A stretch of 25,915 nucleotides of DNA from a virus (IMGVR_UViG_2671180841_000012:1-25915), one strand, 5' to 3'. Positions 7,893-17,997 are shown, numbered from the stretch's first letter. The notes: a model not told the origin generated them from the sequence alone. Numbers and translations are program-made.

Positions 7893-9664
7893 CAGTAAAA
7901 CTCCAGAATGGTGGATGTCAGCGGAGTGCTGATACCGGCGGTGAGTGGCTCATTTAACAGGGCGTGCATGGTTGCCCAGGCGAGGTCGGCGTGGCTGGCT
8001 TCCTCGCTGCGGCTGGCCTCATAGGTGGCGCTGCGTCCGCTGCTGGTCATGGTCTTGCGGATAGCCATAAACGAGCTGGTGATGTCGGTGGCGCTGACGT
8101 CATATTCCAGACAGCCACGGCGGATAACGTCTTTTGCCTTGAGCACCATTGCGGTTTTCATTTCCGGCGTGTAGCGGATATCGCGCGCGGCGGGATAGAA
8201 CGAGCGCACGAGCTGGAACACGCCGACACCGAGGCCGGTGGCATCAATACCGATGTATTCGACGTTGTATTTTTCGGTGAGTTTGCGGATGGATTCCGCC
8301 TGAGTGGCAAAGTCCATGCCTTTCCACTGGTGACGCTCAAGTATTCTGAATTTGCCACCGGCCACCACCGGCGGTGCCAGCACCACGCATCCGGCGCTGT
8401 CGCCACGGTGTGACGGGTCGTAACCAATCCATACCGGGCGGGAGCCGAACGGATTCGCGGCAAACGGCGCATAGTCTTCCCATTCTTCCAGCGTGTCGAC
8501 CATGCAGCGTTGCAGCTCCTCGAACGGGAACACCGACGCCTTGTCGTCAACAAATTCACACATGAACAGGTTTTTAAAATCGTCGGCGCTGTTTTCGCGT
8601 TTAAGCTGCTCAATGTCGAACAGCGTGCAGCCACCTTTCAGGGCGTCCTCAATGGTGACAATCTGCCGCCACTGGCCGTCCGCACAGAGAAGCCCACCGG
8701 CAAGGGCGTTATGACTGACGTCGATTTCCACGCGTTCGGCGGCGCTGGCGCGTCCCCGGTTGAACAGTTCACCCGACCAGAACGGATAGGCGTCGTGCGC
8801 CAGCGTGGACGGGGTGGAGAAATAGGTCGAGCGCAGGTGACTCTGTGAGGCCATACCTGATGCCACCTTACGCAGTACCTGAAAATTCGGGATCCAGAAA
8901 ATCTCATCGACGTACAGGTCGCCGTTATGGCTCTGCGCGGTGTTGGAGTTGGTGCCGAGAAAAATCAGTTTTGCGCCGTTATTGCCCAGGACAATCGGGT
9001 CACCGGTCAGGTCAACGTCAACCAGCCGGGCAAAGGCGATGATGTATTCGCGGAACACATACGCCTGCGTTTTACTGGCCGACAGAAAAATCTGGTTATG
9101 ACCGGTTTTCAGGGCGCGCAGCAGCGCCTCGCGGGAAAAATAAAACGTCGCGCCAATCTGGCGGGATTTCAGGATATCGCGGATGCGGTGCTCAAGCCCG
9201 GCGCGATACCAGTGCAACTGATAGTCGAAAGACTGCTCAAAGAAAATCTGCTCCAGCTTTTCGATGGCCTCGTCACTGAAAAAATTCTTTTTCGGTTTGC
9301 GACGCCCGCCTTTGTTGCGGTTAGCGACGTTCGGATTAAGGTCTGCCTCGTTGCCGGTCTGACTGTAGCGGTTGACCCGCGCCAGCCGTTCAATCTGGCG
9401 TCCCAGCAGGTCAATTTCCTTGAAGTCACCGCCGGTTTTCTGCGGTTTGATGATGAGCTGGGTCAGCCGCGCTTCCAGACTCATTTCGACACGGCTGATG
9501 GGGGCAACGCTGTCCCAGCCGTCGCGCTGTTTCCAGCTCTGCACCGTCGGGCGTTTCATCTGCAACATGGCGGCAATCTGCGGCACGGAAAACCCCTGCC
9601 AGTACAGCAGCGCCGCCTGACGACGCGGGTCGTGTAAAAGAGTGGTGTCTGTGGTGATGGTCAT
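7892..9664 (-). CDS. P: Terminase large (ATPase) subunit (P2 gpP-like)
   Basis: Minus-strand ORF 7892..9694; start placed at MTITTDTT (9664), giving 590 aa; divergent from O. Confidence 0.88.
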   Translation of the reverse strand: MTITTDTTLLHDPRRQAALLYWQGFSVPQIAAMLQMKRPTVQSWKQRDGWDSVAPISRVEMSLEARLTQLIIKPQKTGGDFKEIDLLGRQIERLARVNRYSQTGNEADLNPNVANRNKGGRRKPKKNFFSDEAIEKLEQIFFEQSFDYQLHWYRAGLEHRIRDILKSRQIGATFYFSREALLRALKTGHNQIFLSASKTQAYVFREYIIAFARLVDVDLTGDPIVLGNNGAKLIFLGTNSNTAQSHNGDLYVDEIFWIPNFQVLRKVASGMASQSHLRSTYFSTPSTLAHDAYPFWSGELFNRGRASAAERVEIDVSHNALAGGLLCADGQWRQIVTIEDALKGGCTLFDIEQLKRENSADDFKNLFMCEFVDDKASVFPFEELQRCMVDTLEEWEDYAPFAANPFGSRPVWIGYDPSHRGDSAGCVVLAPPVVAGGKFRILERHQWKGMDFATQAESIRKLTEKYNVEYIGIDATGLGVGVFQLVRSFYPAARDIRYTPEMKTAMVLKAKDVIRRGCLEYDVSATDITSSFMAIRKTMTSSGRSATYEASRSEEASHADLAWATMHALLNEPLTAGISTPLTSTILEFY

Positions 9665-9837
9665 GAATACCTCGCCGTGATGAATACACGGCAAGGCTAC
9701 TGAGTCGCGCCCCGCGATTCGCTAAGGTGCTGTTGTGTCAGTGATAAGCCATCCGGGACTGATGGCGGAGGATGCGCATCGTCGGGAAACTGATGCCGAC
9801 ATGTGACTCCTCTAATCACTATTCAGGACTCCTGACA

Positions 9838-10692
9838 ATGGCAAAAAAAGTCTCAAAATTCTTTCGTATCGGCGTTGAGGGTGACACCTGTGACGGGCGT
9901 GTCATCAGTGCGCAGGATATTCAGGAAATGGCCGAAACCTTTGACCCGCGTGTCTATGGTTGCCGCATTAACCTGGAACATCTGCGCGGCATCCTGCCTG
10001 ACGGTATTTTTAAGCGTTATGGCGATGTGACCGAACTGAAGGCCGAAAAGATTGACGATGATTCGGCGCTGAAAGGCAAATGGGCGCTGTTTGCGAAAAT
10101 CACCCCGACCGATGACCTTATCGCGATGAACAAGGCCGCGCAGAAGGTTTATACCTCAATGGAAATTCAGCCGAACTTTGCCAACACCGGCAAATGTTAT
10201 CTGGTGGGGCTGGCCGTCACCGATGACCCGGCAAGCCTCGGTACGGAATACCTGGAATTCTGCCGCACGGCAAAACACAACCCCCTGAACCGCTTCAAAT
10301 TAAGCCCTGAAAACCTGATTTCAGTGGCAACGCCCGTTGAGCTGGAATTTGAAGACCTGCCTGAAACCGTGTTCACCGCTCTGACCGAAAAGGTGAAATC
10401 CATTTTTGGCCGCAAACAGGCCAGCGATGACGCCCGTCTGAATGACGTGCATGAAGCGGTGACCGCTGTCGCTGAACATGTGCAGGAAAAACTGAGCGCC
10501 ACTGAGCAGCGCCTCGCTGAGATGGAAACTGCCTTTTCCGCTCTTAAGCAGGAGGTGACTGACAGGGCGGATGAAACCAGTCAGGCATTCAGCCGCCTGA
10601 AAAACAGTCTCGACAACACCGAAAGTCTGACCCAGCAGCGCCGCAGCAAGGCCACCGGCGGTGGCGGTGACGCCCTGATGACGAACTGCTGA
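9838..10692 (+). CDS. O: Capsid scaffolding protein (P2 gpO-like)
   Basis: ORF 9772..10692; start placed at MAKKVSKFF (9838), giving 284 aa; C-terminal region looks coiled-coil-like. Confidence 0.85.
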   Translation: MAKKVSKFFRIGVEGDTCDGRVISAQDIQEMAETFDPRVYGCRINLEHLRGILPDGIFKRYGDVTELKAEKIDDDSALKGKWALFAKITPTDDLIAMNKAAQKVYTSMEIQPNFANTGKCYLVGLAVTDDPASLGTEYLEFCRTAKHNPLNRFKLSPENLISVATPVELEFEDLPETVFTALTEKVKSIFGRKQASDDARLNDVHEAVTAVAEHVQEKLSATEQRLAEMETAFSALKQEVTDRADETSQAFSRLKNSLDNTESLTQQRRSKATGGGGDALMTNC

Positions 10693-10750
10693 CCGGCGTC
10701 AGCCAGTCCGGGAAAACCTTCACGATTAACCCTTAATTTCAGGAAAAACT

Positions 10751-11824
10751 ATGCGCCAGGAAACCCGCTTTAAATTTAATGCCTACCTGTCCCGTGTTGC
10801 CGAACTGAACGGCATCGACGCCGGTGATGTGTCGAAAAAATTCACCGTTGAAACGTCGGTCACCCAGACCCTGATGAACACCATGCAGGAGTCCTCTGAC
10901 TTTCTGACCCGCATCAACATTGTGCCGGTCAGCGAAATGAAAGGGGAAAAAATTGGTATTGGTGTCACCGGCTCCATCGCCAGCACCACCGACACCGCCG
11001 GTGGCACCGAGCGTCAGCCGAAGGACTTCTCGAAGCTGGCGTCAAACAAGTACGAATGCGACCAGATTAACTTCGATTTTTATATCCGCTACAAAACGCT
11101 GGACCTGTGGGCGCGTTATCAGGATTTCCAGCTCCGTGTCCGTAACGCCATTATCAAACGCCAGTCCCTTGATTTAATCATGGCCGGTTTTAACGGCGTG
11201 AGGCGTGCCGAAACCTCTGACCGCAGCAGTAACCCGATGCTGCAGGATGTGGCGGTCGGCTGGCTGCAGAAATACCGCAATGAAGCCCCGGCGCGCGTGA
11301 TGAGCAAGGTCACTGACGAGGAAGGGCACACCACCTCTGAGGTTATCCGCGTGGGTAAGGGCGGTGATTATGCCAGCCTTGACGCACTGGTGATGGATGC
11401 GACCAACAACCTGATTGAACCTTGGTATCAGGAAGACCCTGACCTTGTGGTGATTGTGGGGCGTCAGCTACTGGCGGACAAGTATTTCCCCATCGTCAAT
11501 AAGGAGCAGGACAACAGCGAAATGCTGGCCGCTGACGTCATCATCAGCCAGAAACGCATCGGTAACCTGCCGGCGGTACGCGTCCCGTACTTCCCGGCGG
11601 ATGCGATGCTCATCACGAAGCTGGAAAACCTGTCCATCTACTACATGGATGACAGCCATCGCCGCGTGATTGAGGAAAACCCGAAACTCGACCGCGTGGA
11701 GAACTACGAGTCAATGAACATTGATTACGTGGTGGAAGACTACGCCGCCGGTTGTCTGGTGGAAAAAATCAAGGTCGGTGATTTCTCCACACCGGCTAAG
11801 GCGACCGCAGAGCCGGGAGCGTAA
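10751..11824 (+). CDS. N: Major capsid protein (P2 gpN-like)
   Basis: 357-aa ORF preceded by AGGA; O-N-M order. Confidence 0.88.
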   Translation: MRQETRFKFNAYLSRVAELNGIDAGDVSKKFTVETSVTQTLMNTMQESSDFLTRINIVPVSEMKGEKIGIGVTGSIASTTDTAGGTERQPKDFSKLASNKYECDQINFDFYIRYKTLDLWARYQDFQLRVRNAIIKRQSLDLIMAGFNGVRRAETSDRSSNPMLQDVAVGWLQKYRNEAPARVMSKVTDEEGHTTSEVIRVGKGGDYASLDALVMDATNNLIEPWYQEDPDLVVIVGRQLLADKYFPIVNKEQDNSEMLAADVIISQKRIGNLPAVRVPYFPADAMLITKLENLSIYYMDDSHRRVIEENPKLDRVENYESMNIDYVVEDYAAGCLVEKIKVGDFSTPAKATAEPGA

Positions 11825-11827
11825 CCG

Positions 11828-12571
11828 ATGACGAGTCCCGCACAGCGCCACATGATGCGGGTCTCGGCAGCGATGACCGCGCAGCGGGAAGCCGCCCCGC
11901 TGCGACATGCAACTGTCTATGAGCAGATGCTGGTTAAGCTCGCCGCAGACCAGCGCACACTGAAAGCGATTTATTCAAAAGAGCTTAAGGCCGCGAAAAA
12001 ACGCGAACTGCTGCCGTTCTGGTTGCCGTGGGTGAACGGCGTGCTGGAGCAGGGCAAAGGTGCACAGGATGACATTCTGATGACGGTCATGCTGTGGCGT
12101 CTGGATACCGGCGATATTGCCGGTGCGCTGGAGATTGCCCGTTATGCCCTGAAGTACGGTCTGACCATGCCGGGTAAACACCGCCGCACCCCGCCGTACA
12201 TGTTCACCGAGGAGGTGGCGCTTGCGGCCATGCGTGCTCACGCTGCCGGTGAGTCTGTGGATACCCGCCTGCTGACGGAGACCCTTGAACTGACCGCCAC
12301 GGCTGACATGCCTGATGAAGTGCGCGCAAAGCTGCACAAAATCACCGGTCTGTTTCTGCGTGACGGTGGTGATGCCGCCGGTGCGCTGGCTCACCTGCAA
12401 CGTGCGACACAGCTCGACTGTCAGGCAGGCGTCAAAAAAGAGATTGAACGACTGGAGCGGGAGCTGAAACCGAAGCCGGAGCCGCAGCCCAAAGCGGCCA
12501 CCCGTACCCCGCGTAAGACCCGGAGCGTGACACCGGCAAAACGTGGACGCCCGAAAAAGAAAGCCAGTTAA
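11828..12571 (+). CDS. M: Terminase endonuclease/small subunit (P2 gpM-like)
   Basis: 247-aa ORF 3 nt after N; basic Lys/Arg/Pro-rich C-terminal tail. Confidence 0.85.
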   Translation: MTSPAQRHMMRVSAAMTAQREAAPLRHATVYEQMLVKLAADQRTLKAIYSKELKAAKKRELLPFWLPWVNGVLEQGKGAQDDILMTVMLWRLDTGDIAGALEIARYALKYGLTMPGKHRRTPPYMFTEEVALAAMRAHAAGESVDTRLLTETLELTATADMPDEVRAKLHKITGLFLRDGGDAAGALAHLQRATQLDCQAGVKKEIERLERELKPKPEPQPKAATRTPRKTRSVTPAKRGRPKKKAS

Positions 12572-12670
12572 CAACCGAATGCGCCCCGCGCCAGGGCGGC
12601 ACGCCGGTCAGTGAGGGTGAATCACCTGACGCTGTACCGGCGTCCACCGCCCGACTTTTCAGAGGTAGTC

Positions 12671-13180
12671 ATGATGACGCTGATTATTCCGCGAAAGGAG
12701 GCTCCCGTGTCCGGTGAGGGTACGGTGGTCATCCCGCAACCGGCAGGCGACGAGCCGGTGATTAAAAACACGTTCTTTTTTCCCGATATCGACCCGAAGC
12801 GCGTCCGGGAACGTATGCGCCTTGAGCAGACCGTCGCCCCCGCCCGTCTGCGTGAGGCCATCAAGTCAGGCATGGCGGAGACGAATGCGGAGCTGTACGA
12901 GTACCGCGAACAGAAAATTGCCGCCGGTTTTACGCGTCTGGCGGACGTCCCGGCGGACGACATCGACGGTGAAAGCATCAAGGTTTTTTACTACGAGCGC
13001 GCCGTGTGTGCGATGGCGACCGCGTCGCTTTATGAGCGTTATCGCGGCGTGGATGCCAGTGCGAAAGGCGACAAAAAGGCCGACAGCATAGACAGCACCA
13101 TTGATGAGCTGTGGCGGGATATGCGCTGGGCGGTGGCGCGTATCCAGGACAAGCCGCGCTGCATCGTGAGTCAAATCTGA
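12671..13180 (+). CDS. L: Head completion protein (P2 gpL-like)
   Basis: ORF 12611..13180; start placed at MMTLIIPRKEAP (12671), giving 169 aa; stop overlaps the X start (TGATG). Confidence 0.8.
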   Translation: MMTLIIPRKEAPVSGEGTVVIPQPAGDEPVIKNTFFFPDIDPKRVRERMRLEQTVAPARLREAIKSGMAETNAELYEYREQKIAAGFTRLADVPADDIDGESIKVFYYERAVCAMATASLYERYRGVDASAKGDKKADSIDSTIDELWRDMRWAVARIQDKPRCIVSQI

Positions 13181-13383
13181 TGAAGACCTTTGCGCTACAG
13201 GGCGACACGCTCGACGCCATTTGTGTCCGGTATTACGGGCGCACTGAGGGCGTGGTTGAGACCGTGCTCGCCGCAAATCCGGGACTGTCTGAACTGGGTG
13301 CGGTGCTGCCACACGGCACCGCCGTCGAACTGCCCGACGTTCAGACCGCGCCCGTGGCTGAAACTGTCAATCTGTGGGAGTAA
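13180..13383 (+). CDS. X: Tail protein X (LysM-like)
   Basis: 67-aa ORF from the ATG at 13180 (MKTFALQGDTLDAICVRYYG...); the track ORF 13111..13383 overlaps L and is an over-extension. Confidence 0.8.
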   Translation: MKTFALQGDTLDAICVRYYGRTEGVVETVLAANPGLSELGAVLPHGTAVELPDVQTAPVAETVNLWE

Positions 13384-13386
13384 CGC

Positions 13387-13668
13387 ATGACAGCAGAAGA
13401 AAAAAGCGTCCTGTCGCTTTTCATGATTGGGGTGCTGATTGTTGTCGGCAAGGTGCTTGCCGGTGGTGAACCCATCACCCCGCGTCTGTTTATCGGGCGC
13501 ATGTTGCTCGGTGGTTTTGTCTCGATGGTTGCCGGTGTTGTTCTGGTGCAGTTTCCTGACCTGTCACTGCCTGCGGTGTGCGGCATCGGCTCCATGCTGG
13601 GTATCGCCGGTTATCAGGTGATTGAGATTGCCATTCAGCGCCGTTTTAAGGGCAGGGGGAAACCGTAA
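13387..13668 (+). CDS. Y: Holin (P2 gpY-like)
   Basis: 93-aa ORF with hydrophobic membrane-spanning segments; first gene of the lysis cassette. Confidence 0.8.
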   Translation: MTAEEKSVLSLFMIGVLIVVGKVLAGGEPITPRLFIGRMLLGGFVSMVAGVVLVQFPDLSLPAVCGIGSMLGIAGYQVIEIAIQRRFKGRGKP

Positions 13669-14165
13669 TGCCGGTAATTAACACGCACCAGAATATCGCC
13701 GCCTTTCTCGACATGCTGGCCGTGTCCGAAGGGACGGCGAATCATCCGCTGACGAAAAACCGGGGCTATGACGTGATAGTCACCGGACTGGACGGGAAGC
13801 CGGAAATTTTCACCGACTACAGTGACCACCCGTTCGCGCATGGCCGACCGGCGAAGGTGTTTAACCGTCGCGGTGAAAAATCCACGGCCTCCGGTCGCTA
13901 TCAGCAGCTTTACCTGTTCTGGCCGCATTACCGCAAACAGCTTGCCCTGCCGGATTTCAGTCCGTTGTCACAGGACAGACTCGCCATTCAGTTGATCCGC
14001 GAACGCGGTGCGCTGGATGACATCCGGGCGGGGCGCATTGAGCGCGCCATTTCACGCTGTCGCAATATCTGGGCGTCCCTGCCGGGTGCCGGTTACGGTC
14101 AGCGTGAGCATTCACTGGAAAAACTGGTCACCGTCTGGCGTACCGCCGGCGGCGTACCGGCTTAA
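13668..14165 (+). CDS. K: Endolysin (P2 gpK-like)
   Basis: 165-aa ORF immediately after the holin (TAATG overlap). Confidence 0.85.
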   Translation: MPVINTHQNIAAFLDMLAVSEGTANHPLTKNRGYDVIVTGLDGKPEIFTDYSDHPFAHGRPAKVFNRRGEKSTASGRYQQLYLFWPHYRKQLALPDFSPLSQDRLAIQLIRERGALDDIRAGRIERAISRCRNIWASLPGAGYGQREHSLEKLVTVWRTAGGVPA

Positions 14166-14179
14166 ACGGAGTAAACACC

Positions 14180-14605
14180 ATGAAGAAATTATCCCTTTCA
14201 CTGACGCTGAACGTGTCGCTGGCGCTGATGCTGGCACTGTCCCTGATTTACCCGCAGAGCGTGGCCGTTAATTTTGTCGCCGCCTGGGCGATTATGGCGA
14301 CGGTTATCTGTGTGGTTGCCGGTGGTGTCGGCGTGTATGCCACGGAGTATGTACTGGAACGCTACGGGCGGGAGCTGCCGCCGGAATCGCTGGCCGTGAA
14401 GATTGTCACGTCGCTGTTTTTGCAGCCGGTGCCGTGGCGCAGACGGGCGGCGGCTCTGGTAGTGATGGTGGCGACGTTTATCTCGCTGGTCGCTGCCGGG
14501 TGGATTTTTACTGCGCTGATTTATCTCGTGGCGTCGCTGTTTTTCCGGCTGATACGCACGGCCTGCCGTCAGCGTCTTGAGGGGCGGGAACTATGTCAAA
14601 GCTGA
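14180..14605 (+). CDS. lysA: Lysis regulatory membrane protein LysA
   Basis: 141-aa ORF with several hydrophobic segments, preceded by GGAG; follows the endolysin as in P2. Confidence 0.75.
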   Translation: MKKLSLSLTLNVSLALMLALSLIYPQSVAVNFVAAWAIMATVICVVAGGVGVYATEYVLERYGRELPPESLAVKIVTSLFLQPVPWRRRAAALVVMVATFISLVAAGWIFTALIYLVASLFFRLIRTACRQRLEGRELCQS

Positions 14606-15018
14606 TGATTGCACTGGTCGTGTTGTTATCGCTGGCGGTGGCGGGGCTGTTTCTGGCGAAGCATGAAAACGCCAGACTGCGCGCCTCACTGGACAGGGCG
14701 AACAACGTCGCCAGTGAACAGCAGGCGACTATCTCCATGCTGAAAAATCAGCTTCATGTTGCCCTCTCAAGGGCAGACAAAAACGAGCTGGCGCAGGTGG
14801 CACTGCGTCAGGAACTGGAGAACGCCGCGAAGCGTGAAGCACAGCGCGAGAAAACCATCACGAGGTTACTCAATGAAAACGAAGATTTTCGCCGCTGGTA
14901 TGGTGCTGACCTGCCTGATGCTGTGCGCCGGTTGCACCAGCGCCCCGCATGCACCGACGCCAGTGATTGTCGCCAACGCCTGCCCGAAAGTGAGCCTTTG
15001 CCCGATGCCGGGCAGTGA
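14593..15018 (+). CDS. lysB: Rz-like inner-membrane spanin LysB
   Basis: 141-aa ORF with an N-terminal transmembrane segment (MIALVVLLSLAVAGLFLA) and a charged helical periplasmic part. Confidence 0.8.
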   Translation: MSKLMIALVVLLSLAVAGLFLAKHENARLRASLDRANNVASEQQATISMLKNQLHVALSRADKNELAQVALRQELENAAKREAQREKTITRLLNENEDFRRWYGADLPDAVRRLHQRPACTDASDCRQRLPESEPLPDAGQ

Positions 15019-15163
15019 TCCGCAGACGAACGGCGATTTAAGTGCCGATATCCGGCAGCTTGAGAACGCGCTGGCACGCTGTGCCAGCCAGGTAAAAATG
15101 ATTAAACACTGTCAGGACGAAAACGATGCTCAAACCCGACAGCCTGCGCAGGGCGCTGACTGA
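14873..15163 (+). CDS. lysC: Rz1-like outer-membrane lipoprotein spanin LysC
   Basis: 96-aa ORF from the internal Met of track ORF 14756..15163; lipoprotein signal MKTKIFAAGMVLTCLMLCAGC with a lipobox ending in Cys, followed by a Pro-rich mature part; begins inside lysB in another frame. Confidence 0.75.
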   Translation: MKTKIFAAGMVLTCLMLCAGCTSAPHAPTPVIVANACPKVSLCPMPGSDPQTNGDLSADIRQLENALARCASQVKMIKHCQDENDAQTRQPAQGAD

Positions 15164-15593
15164 TGCCGTCACGGTGCTGAAAACCAGTCCAGAGATGCTT
15201 CGGATATTCGTGGATAACGGGAGTATTGCCTCCACGCTGGCGACGTCGCTGTCGTTCGAAAAGCGTTACACGCTCAATGTGATTGTGACCGACTTTACCG
15301 GTGATTTTGACCTGCTCATCGTGCCGGTGCTGGCGTGGCTGCGGGAAAATCAGCCCGACATCATGACCACCGACGAAGGCCAGAAAAAGGGCTTCACGTT
15401 TTATGCAGACATCAACAATGACAGCAGCTTTGATATCAGCATCAGTCTGATGCTGACCGAGCGCACGCTGGTCAGCGAGGTTGATGGTGCGCTGCATGTG
15501 AAGAATATCCCGGAACCCCCGCCGCCGGAGCCGGTCACCCGCCCGGTGGAGCTTTATATCAATGGCGAACTGGTGAGCAAGTGGGATGAATGA
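15126..15593 (+). CDS. R: Tail completion protein R
   Basis: 155-aa ORF in the P2 position after the lysis cassette. Confidence 0.8.
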   Translation: MLKPDSLRRALTDAVTVLKTSPEMLRIFVDNGSIASTLATSLSFEKRYTLNVIVTDFTGDFDLLIVPVLAWLRENQPDIMTTDEGQKKGFTFYADINNDSSFDISISLMLTERTLVSEVDGALHVKNIPEPPPPEPVTRPVELYINGELVSKWDE

Positions 15594-16038
15594 GTTTAAG
15601 CGTTTTGAAGACCGGCTGACCGGACTGATTGAATCGCTGTCACCGTCAGGGCGTCGGCGACTGAGTGCCGAACTGGCGAAACGTCTGCGTCAGAGTCAGC
15701 AGCGTCGGGTGATGGCACAGAAAGCCCCGGACGGCACACCCTACGCGCCACGTCAGCAGCAGAGCGCCAGAAAAAAGACCGGTCGCGTTAAGCGAAAAAT
15801 GTTTGCGAAACTTATCACCAGTCGTTTTTTGCATATCCGCGCCAGCCCTGAACAGGCATCAATGGAGTTTTACGGCGGAAAGTCACCGAAAATCGCCAGT
15901 GTGCATCAGTTTGGTCTGTCGGAAGAAAACCGGAAGGACGGTAAGAAAATTGATTATCCGGCGCGTCCTCTGCTCGGCTTTACCGGTGAGGATGTGCAGA
16001 TGATTGAAGAGATTATCCTGGCTCACCTCGACCGTTAG
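15586..16038 (+). CDS. S: Tail completion protein S
   Basis: 150-aa ORF overlapping the R stop (ATGAATGA). Confidence 0.8.
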   Translation: MNEFKRFEDRLTGLIESLSPSGRRRLSAELAKRLRQSQQRRVMAQKAPDGTPYAPRQQQSARKKTGRVKRKMFAKLITSRFLHIRASPEQASMEFYGGKSPKIASVHQFGLSEENRKDGKKIDYPARPLLGFTGEDVQMIEEIILAHLDR

Positions 16039-16104
16039 TTGTGCCATTCCAGACACCTCATCGTCACATTGCCGCCGGTATGACCCGGCGGCATCCTTCC
16101 CGTT

Positions 16105-16740
16105 ATGAACACTCTCGCAAATATTCAGGAACTCGCGCGCGCACTGCGCAACATGATCCGCACCGGCATTATCGTCGAAACCGACCTTAACGCCGGTCGC
16201 TGCCGTGTGCAGACCGGCGGCATGTGCACCGACTGGCTTCAGTGGCTGACCCATCGCGCCGGACGTTCGCGCACATGGTGGGCACCTTCCGTGGGGGAAC
16301 AGGTGCTGATTCTGGCCGTGGGCGGTGAACTCGACACGGCGTTCGTTCTGCCGGGGATTTATTCCGGCGATAACCCCGCGCCGTCTGCGTCGGCGGATGC
16401 CCTGCATATCCGTTTCCCTGACGGGGCGGTGATTGAATATGAACCCGAAACCAGTGCACTCACGGTAAGCGGAATTAAAACGGCCAGCGTGACGGCTTCT
16501 GATTCTGTTACTGCCACGGTACCGGTGGTCACGGTGAAATCGTCAACCCGTGTCACTCTGGACACACCGGAAGTGGTCTGCACTAACAAACTGACTACCG
16601 GCACGCTGGAAGTGCAGAAGGGCGGGACGATGCGCGGCAACATTGAACACACCGGCGGTGAACTCTCATCAAACGGTAAGGTACTGCATACCCACAAACA
16701 CCCCGGCGACAGCGGCGGCACAACCGGGAGTCCTTTATGA
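16105..16740 (+). CDS. V: Baseplate spike/hub protein V
   Basis: 211-aa ORF; its C-terminal motif HTHKHPGDSGGTTGSP resembles spike-tip proteins. Confidence 0.85.
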   Translation: MNTLANIQELARALRNMIRTGIIVETDLNAGRCRVQTGGMCTDWLQWLTHRAGRSRTWWAPSVGEQVLILAVGGELDTAFVLPGIYSGDNPAPSASADALHIRFPDGAVIEYEPETSALTVSGIKTASVTASDSVTATVPVVTVKSSTRVTLDTPEVVCTNKLTTGTLEVQKGGTMRGNIEHTGGELSSNGKVLHTHKHPGDSGGTTGSPL

Positions 16741-17084
16741 CAGCGCGTTATCTCGGAATGAATCGCAGTGATGGCCTGACGGTCACTGACCTTGAGCATA
16801 TCAGCCAGAGTATCGGCGATATCCTGCGCACACCGGTCGGCTCACGGGTGATGCGTCGTGATTACGGCTCGTTGCTGGCGTCAATGATTGACCAGCCGCA
16901 GACTCCGGCGCTTGAGTTGCAGATTAAGGTCGCCTGTTACATGGCAGTGCTGAAATGGGAACCCCGCGTCACCCTGTCATCCGTCACCACGGCGCGCAGT
17001 TTTGACGGGCGAATGACGGTCACGTTAACCGGTCAGCACAACGACACCGGCCAGCCACTTTCGTTAACCATCCCTGTGAGTTGA
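16737..17084 (+). CDS. W: Baseplate wedge protein W (gp25-like)
   Basis: 115-aa ORF overlapping the V stop (ATGA). Confidence 0.85.
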   Translation: MTARYLGMNRSDGLTVTDLEHISQSIGDILRTPVGSRVMRRDYGSLLASMIDQPQTPALELQIKVACYMAVLKWEPRVTLSSVTTARSFDGRMTVTLTGQHNDTGQPLSLTIPVS

Positions 17085-17088
17085 AACC

Positions 17089-17997
17089 ATGCCGATTATC
17101 GACCTGAACCAGCTACCCGCACCGGATGTGGTCGAGGAGCTGGACTTTGAAACCATTCTTGCCGAACGCAAGGCGACACTGATTTCCCTTTACCCGGAAG
17201 ACCAGCAGGAGGCGGTCGCCCGTACCCTGACGCTGGAATCTGAGCCTCTCGTCAAACTGCTGGAGGAAAATGCTTATCGTGAGCTTATCTGGCGTCAGCG
17301 TGTGAATGAGGCCGCACGGGCGGTGATGCTGGCCTGTGCCGCCGGTAATGACCTTGATGTGATTGGTGCCAATTACAACACCACGCGCCTGACTATCACC
17401 CCGGCAGATGATTCGACCATCCCGCCGACACCGGCAGTGATGGAGTCTGACACCGATTATCGTCTGCGTATTCAGCAGGCGTTTGAAGGTTTAAGCGTCG
17501 CCGGGTCGGTGGGTGCCTATCAGTATCATGGCCGCAGTGCCGACGGGCGTGTCGCGGATATTTCTGTCACCAGTCCGTCTCCGGCCTGCGTCACTATCTC
17601 TGTGCTGTCACGTGAAAATAACGGTGTCGCATCCGAAGACCTGCTGGCCGTGGTGCGTAACGCCCTGAATGGCGAGGACGTCAGGCCGGTGGCCGACCGC
17701 GTGACCGTGCAGTCTGCCGCCATCGTTGAATACCAGATAAACGCCACGCTTTACCTTTACCCTGGTCCCGAAAGCGAACCCATCCGCGCTGCCGCCGTGA
17801 AAAAACTGGAAGCGTATATCACGGCACAGCACCGGCTGGGGCGCGATATCCGTCTGTCTGCCATTTATGCCGCTTTGCATGTGGAAGGTGTGCAGCGTGT
17901 CGAACTGGCTGCACCGCTGGCTGACATCGTGCTCAACAGTACGCAGGCGTCTTTCTGTACCGAATACAGCGTCGTGACCGGAGGCTCGGATGAGTGA
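17089..17997 (+). CDS. J: Baseplate protein J
   Basis: 302-aa ORF in V-W-J-I order. Confidence 0.85.
   Translation: MPIIDLNQLPAPDVVEELDFETILAERKATLISLYPEDQQEAVARTLTLESEPLVKLLEENAYRELIWRQRVNEAARAVMLACAAGNDLDVIGANYNTTRLTITPADDSTIPPTPAVMESDTDYRLRIQQAFEGLSVAGSVGAYQYHGRSADGRVADISVTSPSPACVTISVLSRENNGVASEDLLAVVRNALNGEDVRPVADRVTVQSAAIVEYQINATLYLYPGPESEPIRAAAVKKLEAYITAQHRLGRDIRLSAIYAALHVEGVQRVELAAPLADIVLNSTQASFCTEYSVVTGGSDE

Noticed and set aside
9665-16104. Ogr/Delta-type late promoter dyads (TGT-N12-ACA) upstream of P/O and V.
   Set aside because: I see a TTGTG motif at 9733-9737 and 16039-16043 but could not find clean TGT-N12-ACA dyads by eye; left unannotated rather than forcing a call. A motif search with the published P2 late-promoter matrix would settle it.
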